Source: Candidatus Gastranaerophilales bacterium (GTDB lineage: Bacteria > Cyanobacteriota > Vampirovibrionia > Gastranaerophilales > Gastranaerophilaceae). Taken from it: a DNA stretch of 64,000 bases. Shown one piece after another: positions 27,917-37,051 of this stretch. The DNA is taken from assembly GCA_944322685.1 (NCBI GenBank), contig CALUPP010000034.1, forward strand, positions 8,475 through 72,474. Reading direction: 5' to 3'. A program made the position numbers and the translations under genes. How positions within the stretch are numbered: the first letter of the stretch is position 1; the number at the start of each line of letters is the position of its first letter. The notes below the pieces were generated by a model, which saw nothing but the letters and a program-made list of their open reading frames with translations, did no database searches and was not told the origin of the DNA.

Positions 27917-28612
27917 GTGTTTTTTAATTGAATCCAGAATACTTTTATCTTTAAACATGATTTTCAGCTCAACGCGCCTGCTTTTTGAAAAATCCTCTTT
28001 TCCGTTTACCAAAACAGGTTCGGAAGAGCTTTTGCCCTGAACGGAAAGCAGCTTAAAAAGGTCTTTTTCATAGTTTTTCTTGCCGTTATAGTCGGAATAT
28101 ACAATGTATTCGGCCACTGCCGAGGCCCTTTTCAGGCTCAAATCCATATTTCTAAAATATCGTTCCTCATCGGACTTGGCACCGGCGAAAGTATGCGAAT
28201 CGGTGTGACCTTCTATAATTATTTGCGAGATATTATCGCGAATTTTCTTATCTTTCAGAATTGTGTTGAAATAAACAGGCACAAACTTTGCCAGATATGC
28301 CTTTCCCTTAGGTGAAAGCTCATAACTGTTGAGCTGAAAGAGTTCCAGGTCGGAAATTTTGATTCTGCCCGAAAATTTGTCAACATCAGCGTTTATGTTG
28401 TTCTTTTTCAATTCCTCAAGCAGTTTTTCGCTTACTTCAAACTGATTTTTCTGCTCGTTTACCTTATTTGTCGTAAAACCGGTAATCGCAAAAACAAAAA
28501 GTATAATAAAAATAACAACCAGCCCCAAAAGGAGGTCGCTCATCGTAACCCAAAACACGTTGTCATCGCTGCTCGTACTATTTTTGTGTAATGAATATTT
28601 TATGTACTTCAT
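27914..28612 (-). CDS. MotB/OmpA-family protein (single TM with conserved Asp, C-terminal peptidoglycan-binding domain)
   Basis: FWVTMSDLLLGLVVIFIILFV (MotB/ExbD-type plug and TM with Asp) and the OmpA-like IIIEGHTDSH...LSLKRASAVAEYI...SRRVELKI. Start is either ATG 28612 or GTG 28621, which abuts the upstream stop. Confidence 0.75.
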   Translation of the reverse strand: MKYIKYSLHKNSTSSDDNVFWVTMSDLLLGLVVIFIILFVFAITGFTTNKVNEQKNQFEVSEKLLEELKKNNINADVDKFSGRIKISDLELFQLNSYELSPKGKAYLAKFVPVYFNTILKDKKIRDNISQIIIEGHTDSHTFAGAKSDEERYFRNMDLSLKRASAVAEYIVYSDYNGKKNYEKDLFKLLSVQGKSSSEPVLVNGKEDFSKSRRVELKIMFKDKSILDSIKKH

Positions 28613-28621
28613 TTTGCACAC

Positions 28622-29539
28622 CTACTCGCCGTCATTGTTAAAAAGGTCATCTATGATATTTGACTCTTTTTTGTTTTTGTTCAAAATGTTTTCCTGGAGC
28701 TTATTTACGCTAAAAATGAGATTATCAAGATACGGAACCAGGCTCGCATTAAAGCCCGATTCAAAAGCCTCTTTCATTTTTGACGGTAGCTGGTTAATTG
28801 CCTGATTTATTGCGATATTTTGAGTTTTTGATTCTTTTAGGAGTTCAACGAGGAATTTTTCCGAAGAAATATTGTCAAAAAGCTTGTTCAACTCAAGCTG
28901 AAACTCGGTTAAAGGCGCAATGCAAAGGTTTTTGTAAGTAAGGCGCTCAACAATCATAAAAATAATCGAGGTTCCGACGGCAATAACCGAAATCATTGCA
29001 GCGACTTTCATTGCGGCCATCAAAGACGAAACAGAAGCAATAGTCGCCTCTTGCGTTGCAAAATTCACCTTTGAAAAAGCAAGTGAAATGTGCAAAAAAG
29101 TAAACAACGGCCCCAAACCGGTTAAAATAGTAGGGACAGCAGAAATAAATTTGTAATTCATTTTGCCGTTTACGAGCGTTTCTTCATTGAAAAAGTACCC
29201 GGCATCGACCGTGCAATGAATCGACGAGGTATCCGCGCCAGGAGTTTTGAATTTTGCGGCAGAATCCTGCCCTGAAGCCATCCCGTCAGAAAAAACGAGG
29301 CTGTTTTTGAATTCTACCCAGTAATTTGCAATAAAAGGGTCTTTTGAAAACACATCATCTAGCTCTTTGAACCGGTAGGCGATTGTTCCCTTTTTGAATC
29401 CCCTCAAAACAGCCGTCAATCTGAGCAGATTTTCGTTTATAGACTTTACTCTGACGAGCAGATAGCCCAAAATGCACACAAACAGCACAAGAATGGCGAT
29501 TATTACGGGATTTAGCAAAATATCAAATTCAAAACTCAT
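28622..29539 (-). CDS. MotA/TolQ/ExbB-family proton-channel protein (305 aa, 3-TM ExbB-like topology)
   Basis: TM1 at aa 10-30, a ~95-aa loop, then PTILTGLGPLFTFLHI (MotA/ExbB signature region) and a third TM helix MISVIAVGTSIIFMIVE, with a ~100-aa helical tail. Directly upstream of the MotB-like gene. Confidence 0.65.
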   Translation of the reverse strand: MSFEFDILLNPVIIAILVLFVCILGYLLVRVKSINENLLRLTAVLRGFKKGTIAYRFKELDDVFSKDPFIANYWVEFKNSLVFSDGMASGQDSAAKFKTPGADTSSIHCTVDAGYFFNEETLVNGKMNYKFISAVPTILTGLGPLFTFLHISLAFSKVNFATQEATIASVSSLMAAMKVAAMISVIAVGTSIIFMIVERLTYKNLCIAPLTEFQLELNKLFDNISSEKFLVELLKESKTQNIAINQAINQLPSKMKEAFESGFNASLVPYLDNLIFSVNKLQENILNKNKKESNIIDDLFNNDGE

Positions 29540-29631
29540 TTTTCATCTTCCTCATAAGGTACTATACATATTTATACACTTTTTCGGGATTAATTACAAA
29601 TTTTAAGTAAAAGAAAATTTTATAACTTTTA

Positions 29632-29745
29632 GCTGTCAGGCGGTGCCTGAGCTACCGGAGCTGAGCTACCGGAGAAACGCGGCCAAAACCGGTAAACTTA
29701 AGGAAAAGAAGCGATAATCAAGTGTTTCTAAGAGCGCCTGACAGC
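29632..29745. repeat. 11-bp inverted repeat enclosing a perfect 14-bp tandem duplication
   Basis: GCTGTCAGGCG (29632-29642) pairs with CGCCTGACAGC (29735-29745). CTGAGCTACCGGAG occurs twice in tandem (29647-29660 and 29661-29674). Confidence 0.8.
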
Positions 29746-29753
29746 CTAAAGAC

Positions 29754-30689
29754 CTAAAAAACCGACGACACCAGCTCTTTTGCAGCCCGAACCGCCTCAT
29801 CAAAGGGCAGATTTTTAACAATTTTCCTTGCATAAGACCCCACGCCGACCCCGTTAAATCGCAAGCCGCAATCATTTGCCAATTTCGCGGTTTTTGAGTT
29901 TGTTCCGCCCGACAAAAGTATATAAGTTCCGAAATCCTGCACAAGATGAGCCATTGCAACCGCCTGCAACGTGGAATTTAAGGAATCATCCCCGCCCGAC
30001 ATCGGCACTCCGTCCGCCTGAATAATGAAATTTGAATCACCTTTGAGCTTTTTCACTTTTTTTATGAGTTTTGCGAGCTTTTCGTTGCTGTAAAAACGCC
30101 GGTCAAGGCAAAGGCTGAGAGGACAATCAAGATTTTTCAAGATGAACTCAATGGCCGATTTTGGCGATTTTTTTGTGGAAACATGAAGCTCCACGCAATC
30201 CGCATTGTATTTTTTTGCGAGGCGAACAGCTTCCGGGAGGCTGCTTTCCTCACTTACGTAAGAAATCGCCGAACATTTGCATTTCCCGCACCCGATGCAG
30301 CGTTCGGCGAGCACATGAGCCTTGCCGTTTTCAATGAAAATTGCATCGCGCGGGCATTTTTTTGCACATTTTGCACACCCGCAGCATTTTTTTTCGTTCA
30401 CAACGGCTTTTTTTGTGTGAATATCACCCTCAAGCCCGATGCTTATGCAAATCAGCGCATCTTCGCGTCCGGTTTCTTTTAAAGCCCTCTTTAGAGCCTC
30501 AATTGCGCTTTCCGAAGCGTTTACGTCGAACATATCGCAGCCCGCTGCCGCATAAATTCTGCTCAATTCATAAATTTCCTCGCAAGAGCGGTTTCCCAGC
30601 CCTAGAACAAGCTTAAAAATCTTCTTTTTTTCAAAAAGGTCAAATATTCTGTCCTGCTGAACCTGTTTCAGCATTTTACCATTGCTCAT
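29754..30689 (-). CDS. LdpA-like Fe-S protein (TIM-barrel-like N-terminal part plus 2x[4Fe-4S] ferredoxin motif)
   Basis: FKLVLGLGNRS...AAAGCDMFDV, then CCGCAKCAKKCPRDAI...CIGCGKCKC, then ADCVELHVS. This layout matches my recollection of cyanobacterial LdpA. Start placed at ATG 30689 to avoid overlap with the DedA gene. Confidence 0.5.
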   Translation of the reverse strand: MSNGKMLKQVQQDRIFDLFEKKKIFKLVLGLGNRSCEEIYELSRIYAAAGCDMFDVNASESAIEALKRALKETGREDALICISIGLEGDIHTKKAVVNEKKCCGCAKCAKKCPRDAIFIENGKAHVLAERCIGCGKCKCSAISYVSEESSLPEAVRLAKKYNADCVELHVSTKKSPKSAIEFILKNLDCPLSLCLDRRFYSNEKLAKLIKKVKKLKGDSNFIIQADGVPMSGGDDSLNSTLQAVAMAHLVQDFGTYILLSGGTNSKTAKLANDCGLRFNGVGVGSYARKIVKNLPFDEAVRAAKELVSSVF

Positions 30690-30738
30690 AATAGAATTCC
30701 CTTGTGCAGAAGCCCGAAAAAAAGTCCGGGGCAGATTT

Positions 30739-31356
30739 TTAATCATTCAAATGCTTAAAATGCTTATAAAGATACAAAACGCCCAGAATGAGGCACGCAA
30801 GGACAATCAATATGTCGAATTTGTGCCACAAAGCTTTAAAAACCGCCATATTCTGCCCCATTTTCACCCCGACATAAACCAGCACATAACACCAAATGAG
30901 CGAACCGAGAAAAGTAAGACTAAAAAATGTTCTTTTTCTGGCTTTCAAGATGCCGGCCGGAAGCGAGATAAAAGTGCGGATAACAGGAAGCATCCTGCAA
31001 ATAAAAAACGCCCAATCTCCGTATTTATCGACCCATTCGTCGGCCTCGTCGAGGTCTTTTTTGCTCACGAGGAGCCATTTTCCGTATTTTTCAAAAAACG
31101 GACGCCCGCCGAAATATCCGATGTAATAAGACGGAATCGAGCCCAGCACGCACCCGAAAGCGCCCGCAAAAGCCGCAACATGGAAGTTCATTTCGCCTTT
31201 GCTGACCAAATATCCGGCAAAAGGCATAATTGTTTCGCTCGGAAGCGGGATATTGCACGACTCAATTGCCATCAAAAGGCTTATCCCGAGCGGGCCCGTG
31301 TGCTCAATCATTCCCTCGATGAAATTTATCAAATGTAACAAAATCGTATCCAACAT
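30739..31356 (-). CDS. DedA-family (SNARE-associated) membrane protein
   Basis: ...ESCNIPLPSETIMPFAGYL...GRPFFEKYG...R.LPVIRTFISLPAG. Start at ATG 31356 (RBS GAGGA). Confidence 0.8.
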   Translation of the reverse strand: MLDTILLHLINFIEGMIEHTGPLGISLLMAIESCNIPLPSETIMPFAGYLVSKGEMNFHVAAFAGAFGCVLGSIPSYYIGYFGGRPFFEKYGKWLLVSKKDLDEADEWVDKYGDWAFFICRMLPVIRTFISLPAGILKARKRTFFSLTFLGSLIWCYVLVYVGVKMGQNMAVFKALWHKFDILIVLACLILGVLYLYKHFKHLND

Positions 31357-31370
31357 ATTCTTATCCTCAA

Positions 31371-32009
31371 CTAAAACTTCCCGCCGCGCAGGTAAAATTC
31401 CGAGCAAGCAGCCCCGGAGCCCCGGCCTTTGACGCATTCTCGCTCCAGTTCCGCGTTTTCCAGCTCAGAACCGAAAGCTTTTATATCTCCATTGTAAATA
31501 TGCATACCAAAAACGTCCTGTCCTAATCGATTTGGCGGTCTTTTACCGTTCATGTCAAAAACAACCGTTGCGCAGGGTTTTATTTCGTCACAATTGCAAT
31601 TCAGCCATTTAAAACCGATAATATCGCCGTTTTCCCGCTCATAAAAGCTTCTTGTGAAATATTTTGATTCAAACGGAATCTGAGCTCCGTTTGAATAGCG
31701 GTAATTGTAGTTTTTTACCGGCCTATTAACCGCAGATGCATCAAGATTGAGATAAGGAGCCAATATTTTGAAAATTCCGTCCTCCATGTTCTCAATATCC
31801 GTGCTGCAAAGGCGTTTTACGGCATTATAATCCGAAATTTCATAAATTTCGAAATTCGGCCGCAGCTCTGCATAGAGATTTTTCCATCCCAAAATCAACC
31901 GTGCCTGTTTTGTGTTGCTGAACACAAAAGGCAGGCAGATGAGGATTGTTGTCATCAAAAGTGCAACAACAATCGCTATTTCCACCATTGTAAAAGCATT
32001 TTTTCTCAT
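31371..32009 (-). CDS. prepilin-type N-terminal cleavage/methylation domain protein
   Basis: MRKNAFTMVEIAIVVALLMTTILICLP, with the C-terminal DMNGKRPPNRLGQDVFGMHIY motif shared with the other two pilin-like ORFs. The ATG overlaps the PHP-gene stop (TGATG). Confidence 0.75.
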   Translation of the reverse strand: MRKNAFTMVEIAIVVALLMTTILICLPFVFSNTKQARLILGWKNLYAELRPNFEIYEISDYNAVKRLCSTDIENMEDGIFKILAPYLNLDASAVNRPVKNYNYRYSNGAQIPFESKYFTRSFYERENGDIIGFKWLNCNCDEIKPCATVVFDMNGKRPPNRLGQDVFGMHIYNGDIKAFGSELENAELERECVKGRGSGAACSEFYLRGGKF

Positions 32010-32875
32010 CAGCGCGCCATATCCAGTTGTTTTTTTTCTTTCATCAGCTGGTCATAAATCCATTCGGGGATAAAGTTTTTCCCGAGGATAATTTGACCGT
32101 TATTCGGGTTAGGCGCATGAAAATCCGAGCCGCCCGTGATAATCAGCCCGTATTTTTCGGCGATTGACGAATAATATTCGACCATTGCGGGCGAATGCTT
32201 GCGATGATAAGCCTCAACGCCCCTTAAACCGTAATGCATGAACTCTTTTATGAGTTCTTCTGCATTTTCAACGTCAAAAGGATGCGCAAAAACCGGGATT
32301 CCGCCCGCATCGTAAATTATTTCAATTGCATCATGCGGCGTAACGGTTTTTCTTTGCACATAAACGGGCGAATCGTCGTTTATGTACTTATTGTACGCTT
32401 CCATCACGCTCGAAGTTCCGCCGGCCATCGTGATTGCTTTTGCGATATGCGGACGCCCGATTGAACCGCCCTCTGCAACCAGGCTTTTGATTTTGTCAAA
32501 AGTCACATGAATGCCCTCTTTTTTGTTCAAAAGAGTAATAATTTCATTTGTCTGTACAATTCTGGCGTTTTGCTGCTGCTTTAGCATGGCCTTAAAATCC
32601 GCATCATCTCGGTTCATAAAGTAGCCGAGAATGTGAATTTCGGTATTTTTATAAATCGTGTTGATTTCGACGCCCGAAATTATCTCAAGGGGCGTCTTTC
32701 CCGCCTCTTTGGCGATTTTCTCGGAATACGATACAGCAATCGGATACGCAAGAACATTGTCGTGGTCTGTTATCGCAATGGCGTCCAGACCGGCATCAAT
32801 TGCAGTATCCACAATCTTTTCCGGCGTAAAAACACCGTCAGAAAAGACCGTGTGGATGTGTAAATCGATTTTCAC
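32009..32875 (-). CDS. PHP-domain metal-dependent phosphoesterase (TrpH/YciV-like)
   Basis: KIDLHIHTVFSDG..., AITDHD and GGSDFH motifs. GTG start with RBS AGAGGA. Confidence 0.8.
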   Translation of the reverse strand: MKIDLHIHTVFSDGVFTPEKIVDTAIDAGLDAIAITDHDNVLAYPIAVSYSEKIAKEAGKTPLEIISGVEINTIYKNTEIHILGYFMNRDDADFKAMLKQQQNARIVQTNEIITLLNKKEGIHVTFDKIKSLVAEGGSIGRPHIAKAITMAGGTSSVMEAYNKYINDDSPVYVQRKTVTPHDAIEIIYDAGGIPVFAHPFDVENAEELIKEFMHYGLRGVEAYHRKHSPAMVEYYSSIAEKYGLIITGGSDFHAPNPNNGQIILGKNFIPEWIYDQLMKEKKQLDMAR

Positions 32876-32893
32876 CTTTCTTATCCTCTCATA

Positions 32894-33709
32894 TTAACTT
32901 ACCTCACTAAAATCTTTTATATAACAAATTCTTTCGATGCTTTTCGCCCCGCCAAAAACCGGGTCAAAAGCCATCATCACCGCATTCAACTCAAGAACGC
33001 TCCCCTCTGCGATTTCAAATCGCTCCGGCAGGCTCGTAACAAGCCTTTTCAGCGAATTTTCGTAAGCCATGCCGATAATCGAGTCATAAACCCCGCAAAA
33101 ACCGGCATCAGTTATATAAGCGGTGTAATTATCAAAAATCTTTTCATCCGAAGTCTGCACATGCGTATGAGTTCCCAAAACAGCGCTCACACCGAGCGAT
33201 GCACAGTATTTTCCGAAGCAGATTTTCTCGGCCGTCGCCTCTGCATGGAAGTCAACAACAACAATCTGCGCTTCTTTTTTGAGCTCGGGAACGACATTTT
33301 TCACATAATCCCAAGGCGAATCCATTGCGTTCATAAAAGTGCGCCCCAAAAGGTTAATTACCGCAATTTTTGTGCCGTTTACCTCAAAAATTCTATGCCC
33401 GACCCCTTTTGTACCCTCCGGATAGTTCGCCGGGCGCACAAGGCGGTCGGATTTGTCGATATATTCAAAAATATCTTTTCTGTCCCAGATATGGTTGCCA
33501 GAAGTAAAGCAATTTATGCCCGCAGCAGCGAGTTCGTTGTGATTTTTCTCGGTCAAACCGAATCCGTGCGACGCATTTTCGACATTTGCGATGACAAAAT
33601 CAGGCGCATCACCGGAAGCAAGGATTTCCGACAAAAAATGCTTAACAATCGTACGTCCCGGACGTCCGACCATATCTCCCAAAAATAATATTTTAAATTC
33701 TTTACTCAT
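32894..33709 (-). CDS. ymdB: YmdB-family metallophosphoesterase (2',3'-cyclic-nucleotide 2'-phosphodiesterase-like, TIGR00282)
   Basis: ILFLGDMVGRPGR..., ANVENASHGFG, DFHAEATAEK and GTHTHVQTSDE. Immediately downstream of rny, as in Bacillus. Confidence 0.85.
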   Translation of the reverse strand: MSKEFKILFLGDMVGRPGRTIVKHFLSEILASGDAPDFVIANVENASHGFGLTEKNHNELAAAGINCFTSGNHIWDRKDIFEYIDKSDRLVRPANYPEGTKGVGHRIFEVNGTKIAVINLLGRTFMNAMDSPWDYVKNVVPELKKEAQIVVVDFHAEATAEKICFGKYCASLGVSAVLGTHTHVQTSDEKIFDNYTAYITDAGFCGVYDSIIGMAYENSLKRLVTSLPERFEIAEGSVLELNAVMMAFDPVFGGAKSIERICYIKDFSEVS

Positions 33710-33772
33710 TGTTTCTCAATTGGAAAAAAGCGGGATTTTTCACATCAAAAAATCCCGTTTTCTCGCTATTTT

Positions 33773-35335
33773 TTATTTTGCAATCTCAGTTGTGCGGATT
33801 TCACGAACAACCGTTACCCTGATTTGTCCGGGATAATCCATTTCTTCCTCGATGCGTTTTGCGATATCCCTGGCCAGTTTTGCGCTCGCAAGATCATCGA
33901 ACATATCTGGCTGAACGATAACTCTTACCTCTCTGCCCGCCTGCACCGCGAAAGACTGCTTTATGCCGTCGTAGCTTTTTGCGATTTCTTCGATTTTTTG
34001 AAGACGCTTGATGTAAATTTCGAGCGTATCGCGTCTTGAGCCCGGGCGTCCCGCAGAAATTGCATCTGCAAGCTTGACAAGAACCGCTTCAATTGTATTC
34101 GCGGTCACATCATCGTGATGAGCCTCGATTGCGTGGATAATTTCCTCTTTTTCGCCGTATCTTCGCGCCAGCTCAACCCCAAGCTCAATATGCGTGCCTT
34201 CTTGGGTCTGGTCGACGGCTTTTCCGATATCATGCAAAAGTCCGGCTCTTTTTGCGACATGAACGTTGGCTCCGAGCTCAGCAGCAAGCATTCCGGCAAT
34301 ATGACCGACCTCAAGCGAATGTTTAAGCACATTTTGGCCGTAGCTTGTGCGGTAATAAAGGCGTCCGAGCGTTTTTATCAATTCTTTATGCAGATTCATC
34401 ACGCCCATATCAACAGCCGCATTTTCGCCCTCTTTTTTAATCTTTTCTTCGATTTCTTCCTGAGCTTTTTCAACCATTTCTTCAATTCTGACGGGGTGAA
34501 TTCTGCCGTCTGAGATGAGCTTTTCAAGCGCAACTTTTGCGATTTCCCGCCTTACGGGGTCAAAGCTTGATAAAACAACAGCCTCGGGCGTGTCATCAAT
34601 AATCAAATCAACGCCGGTCAAAGTTTCAAGAGTACGAATATTTCGGCCCTCGCGCCCGATAATACGTCCTTTCATATCATCAGACGGCAGATTTACAACA
34701 GAAACCGTCGATTCTACAACCTGATCGATTGCGCAGCGCTGCATTGTAGTCGAGAGGATTTCCTGAGCCTTTTCTTTGGAAATTTCTCTTATTTTTGCTT
34801 CGTTTTCGCGAATAAGCTGCATTTGTTCCTGCTGAAGATCCTGTTTTAGCTGTTCAAGCAGCATATGTCTGGCTTCATCGCGGGACATTCCGGCGATTCG
34901 TTCCATTTCTCCGATTTGTTTGGCTATCATTTCTGCAAGATAGTCTTCTTTTTCGGTTAATTCTTCAGTTTGTTTGTCAAGACGCGACTCTCTGTCGGTC
35001 ACTTCTTGTATTTTTTCTTCAAGCGTATCTTCTTTTTTGGCAAGTTTAGCTTCCTGTCTGAGGAGTTCCTGCCTGCGTTCGCGGACTTCTTCGTCGAATT
35101 TTTCGCGTTCGCTGTGAAGAATTTCTTTTGCCTGAATCATCGCTTCTTTTTTCAAGAGATTTTCCTTATCAGCGGTCTCTTTAGAAAGAGCGTCTAAACC
35201 CTCCTGCGCTTTTTTCTGTTTTTGCCACAGCACGAACACACCCAGCGCCAGTGCAGCGGCAAGAATGACCAAAAACGCAATAATTACAATTGTTCCTTCG
35301 ATTGTCCTGTACCTCGTTTTTCTATATATACACAT
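33773..35335 (-). CDS. rny: ribonuclease Y
   Basis: N-terminal TM helix, a coiled-coil region, a KH domain ([26 protein letters not shown]) and an HD domain (LLHDIGKA). The start is uncertain (ATG 35335 or GTG 35353). Confidence 0.9.
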   Translation of the reverse strand: MCIYRKTRYRTIEGTIVIIAFLVILAAALALGVFVLWQKQKKAQEGLDALSKETADKENLLKKEAMIQAKEILHSEREKFDEEVRERRQELLRQEAKLAKKEDTLEEKIQEVTDRESRLDKQTEELTEKEDYLAEMIAKQIGEMERIAGMSRDEARHMLLEQLKQDLQQEQMQLIRENEAKIREISKEKAQEILSTTMQRCAIDQVVESTVSVVNLPSDDMKGRIIGREGRNIRTLETLTGVDLIIDDTPEAVVLSSFDPVRREIAKVALEKLISDGRIHPVRIEEMVEKAQEEIEEKIKKEGENAAVDMGVMNLHKELIKTLGRLYYRTSYGQNVLKHSLEVGHIAGMLAAELGANVHVAKRAGLLHDIGKAVDQTQEGTHIELGVELARRYGEKEEIIHAIEAHHDDVTANTIEAVLVKLADAISAGRPGSRRDTLEIYIKRLQKIEEIAKSYDGIKQSFAVQAGREVRVIVQPDMFDDLASAKLARDIAKRIEEEMDYPGQIRVTVVREIRTTEIAK

Positions 35336-35641
35336 CCCCACACGTGCGTGCACGCGGGGTTGAATTCAATATGCATATGTTAATTATTTATTAATTCATA
35401 ATATAAAAATTTTTATTACTTTTACACTAATCATATACTAGCATATTGTGCCGAAATTTGAAAGTTTTTTGATAAATTGCAATGATTTTTTAAGAATGTA
35501 AGTAAAAAGAATACAATTAACCCGGCTCTGATGAAAAAAAATCAGCCAAACTGAAAATATCGCCGCAAAAACAACGTTTTGAAATGCATCAATAAGTTCC
35601 GCTTGCGATAGCACGACAAATAATCTAAAATATCAAATATT

Positions 35642-36853
35642 ATGACAAATATTTCATCAAAAATCCTAACTGCACTGCCGTCATCGGTAAATGACGCATT
35701 AAAAAGGGTCATTGAACACAAAAAAAGCTTCAAATGCTATATCGTAGGCGGAGTTGCCAGAGATTTGCTTTTAGGGCGGGAAATTTTTGATGTCGATATC
35801 ACGGTAGAGGGCGACGCGGTTGAGTTTGCCGGAATTTTAGAGACAAAAAACGAAGCAAAAATCGTTCAAACCCAGCCTGAGCTTCGCACAGCTAAGCTCA
35901 AATTCAAAAACGGAGCTGAAATTGACTTTGCCTCAACCAGAACCGAAGCATATCCTAAAAAAGGCCATCTTCCCGTGCCGGTAAAAATCGGCTGCCCGCT
36001 TGAAGAAGATGTAAAAAGGCGCGATTTTACGGTGAATGCGCTTGCTGCGTCATTAAACGAAGAAGATTTCGGTGAAATCAGGGATTTTACGGGCGGGCGT
36101 GAAGATTTAGAGAAAAAACAGCTCCGAATTCTTCACAAAGCCAGCTTTATCGACGATCCTACGAGGATTATCCGCGGTTTAAAGTTTTCTGTCCGCTTTG
36201 ATTTTGAGCTTGAGCCGGAAACCCGCACGCTTCAAGATGAATATTTGAATAATCCGAACGCGGACATCTCTTATTCAAGGCTGAAATCCGAGCTTATGCA
36301 AGCATTTTCGCTTCCCTATCCGGAAGTGTGGAAAAAATTCACTGAGCAAAATATTTTTACGCTCATAAATAAGGATTTCAAAAGCGAAATTAACGCGGAC
36401 AAAGCCTTTTCGCTTATAAAAAAATACAAACCCGCTAATCAATGGCTTTTTTGGCTTGCGCCGGTTTTTATCGGCTCAAAAACCCTTGATTTGATGAATT
36501 TTACACGCGAAGAAAAGAAAATAATAACTGATTTAGAAAAAATTTTGAATTCAACCCCGCAACAAAACAGCAATCTTGGAATTTACAAATTTTTCAACGG
36601 TATCGAAAAAGAGGCGGTTTTGGGCTATTATTTGTTTACAAATCAGCACTTTGCGCTTGATTTTCTGGACAATTTGGCCGAAATAAGGCTGCAAATCACC
36701 GGCGAAGACATAAAAAAGGCAGGCATGCCGCCATCGTCAATCTATAACGAAATTTTTGATGCGATTCTGGAGGAAAAACTCTCCGGAAACCTCTGTTCGC
36801 GCGAAGATGAGCTTGATTTTTTAAAATTTTTAATAAAAGAGTTGAAAAAATAA
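35642..36853 (+). CDS. CCA-adding enzyme / poly(A) polymerase-family tRNA nucleotidyltransferase
   Basis: PolyA_pol head motif YIVGGVARDLLLGREIFDVDITVEG and ...RRDFTVNALA... 403 aa with no HD domain. Confidence 0.75.
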   Translation: MTNISSKILTALPSSVNDALKRVIEHKKSFKCYIVGGVARDLLLGREIFDVDITVEGDAVEFAGILETKNEAKIVQTQPELRTAKLKFKNGAEIDFASTRTEAYPKKGHLPVPVKIGCPLEEDVKRRDFTVNALAASLNEEDFGEIRDFTGGREDLEKKQLRILHKASFIDDPTRIIRGLKFSVRFDFELEPETRTLQDEYLNNPNADISYSRLKSELMQAFSLPYPEVWKKFTEQNIFTLINKDFKSEINADKAFSLIKKYKPANQWLFWLAPVFIGSKTLDLMNFTREEKKIITDLEKILNSTPQQNSNLGIYKFFNGIEKEAVLGYYLFTNQHFALDFLDNLAEIRLQITGEDIKKAGMPPSSIYNEIFDAILEEKLSGNLCSREDELDFLKFLIKELKK

Positions 36854-36888
36854 TTTTCCCATGTATAATAAATTTTACAGACGAATAC

Positions 36889-36963
36889 GCGGGGGTAATT
36901 CAGTGGTAGAATGCTTCCTTGCCAAGGAAGATGTCGCGAGTTCGAGCCTCGTCTCCCGCTCCA
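36889..36963 (+). tRNA. tRNA-Gly (anticodon GCC), CCA encoded
   Basis: Cloverleaf folded by hand: acceptor GCGGGGG/CTCCCGC, D arm ATTC-AGTGGTA-GAAT, anticodon arm CTTCC-TTGCCAA-GGAAG, T arm GCGAG-TTCGAGC-CTCGT, discriminator T, then CCA. Closely resembles E. coli tRNA-Gly(GCC). Confidence 0.95.
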
Positions 36964-36973
36964 TTTTTAAAAG

Positions 36974-36994
36974 AACACCCTCAGGGTGTTTTTT
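36974..36994 (+). terminator. terminator after tRNA-Gly
   Basis: AACACCC-tca-GGGTGTT followed by TTTT. Confidence 0.75.
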
Positions 36995-37051
36995 AGTATG
37001 CTAAAATAGCCCCCAAAAACGAATAATTATCAAAGCTGCTGATTTTTGTAC

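Noticed and set aside
27914-29539. Calling the MotA/MotB-like pair a Zorya defence system
   Set aside because: ZorC/ZorD/ZorE-like genes are absent and the MotA-like tail is only about 100 aa. The pair is kept as a finding of unknown function rather than a defence-system call.
29632-29745. Small SRP (4.5S) RNA in the inverted-repeat element
   Set aside because: CCGGTAAACTTAAGGAAAAGAAGCG only loosely resembles the GUCCGGAAGGAAGCAGC domain IV motif. No convincing helix 8 with a GNRA loop could be drawn on either strand.
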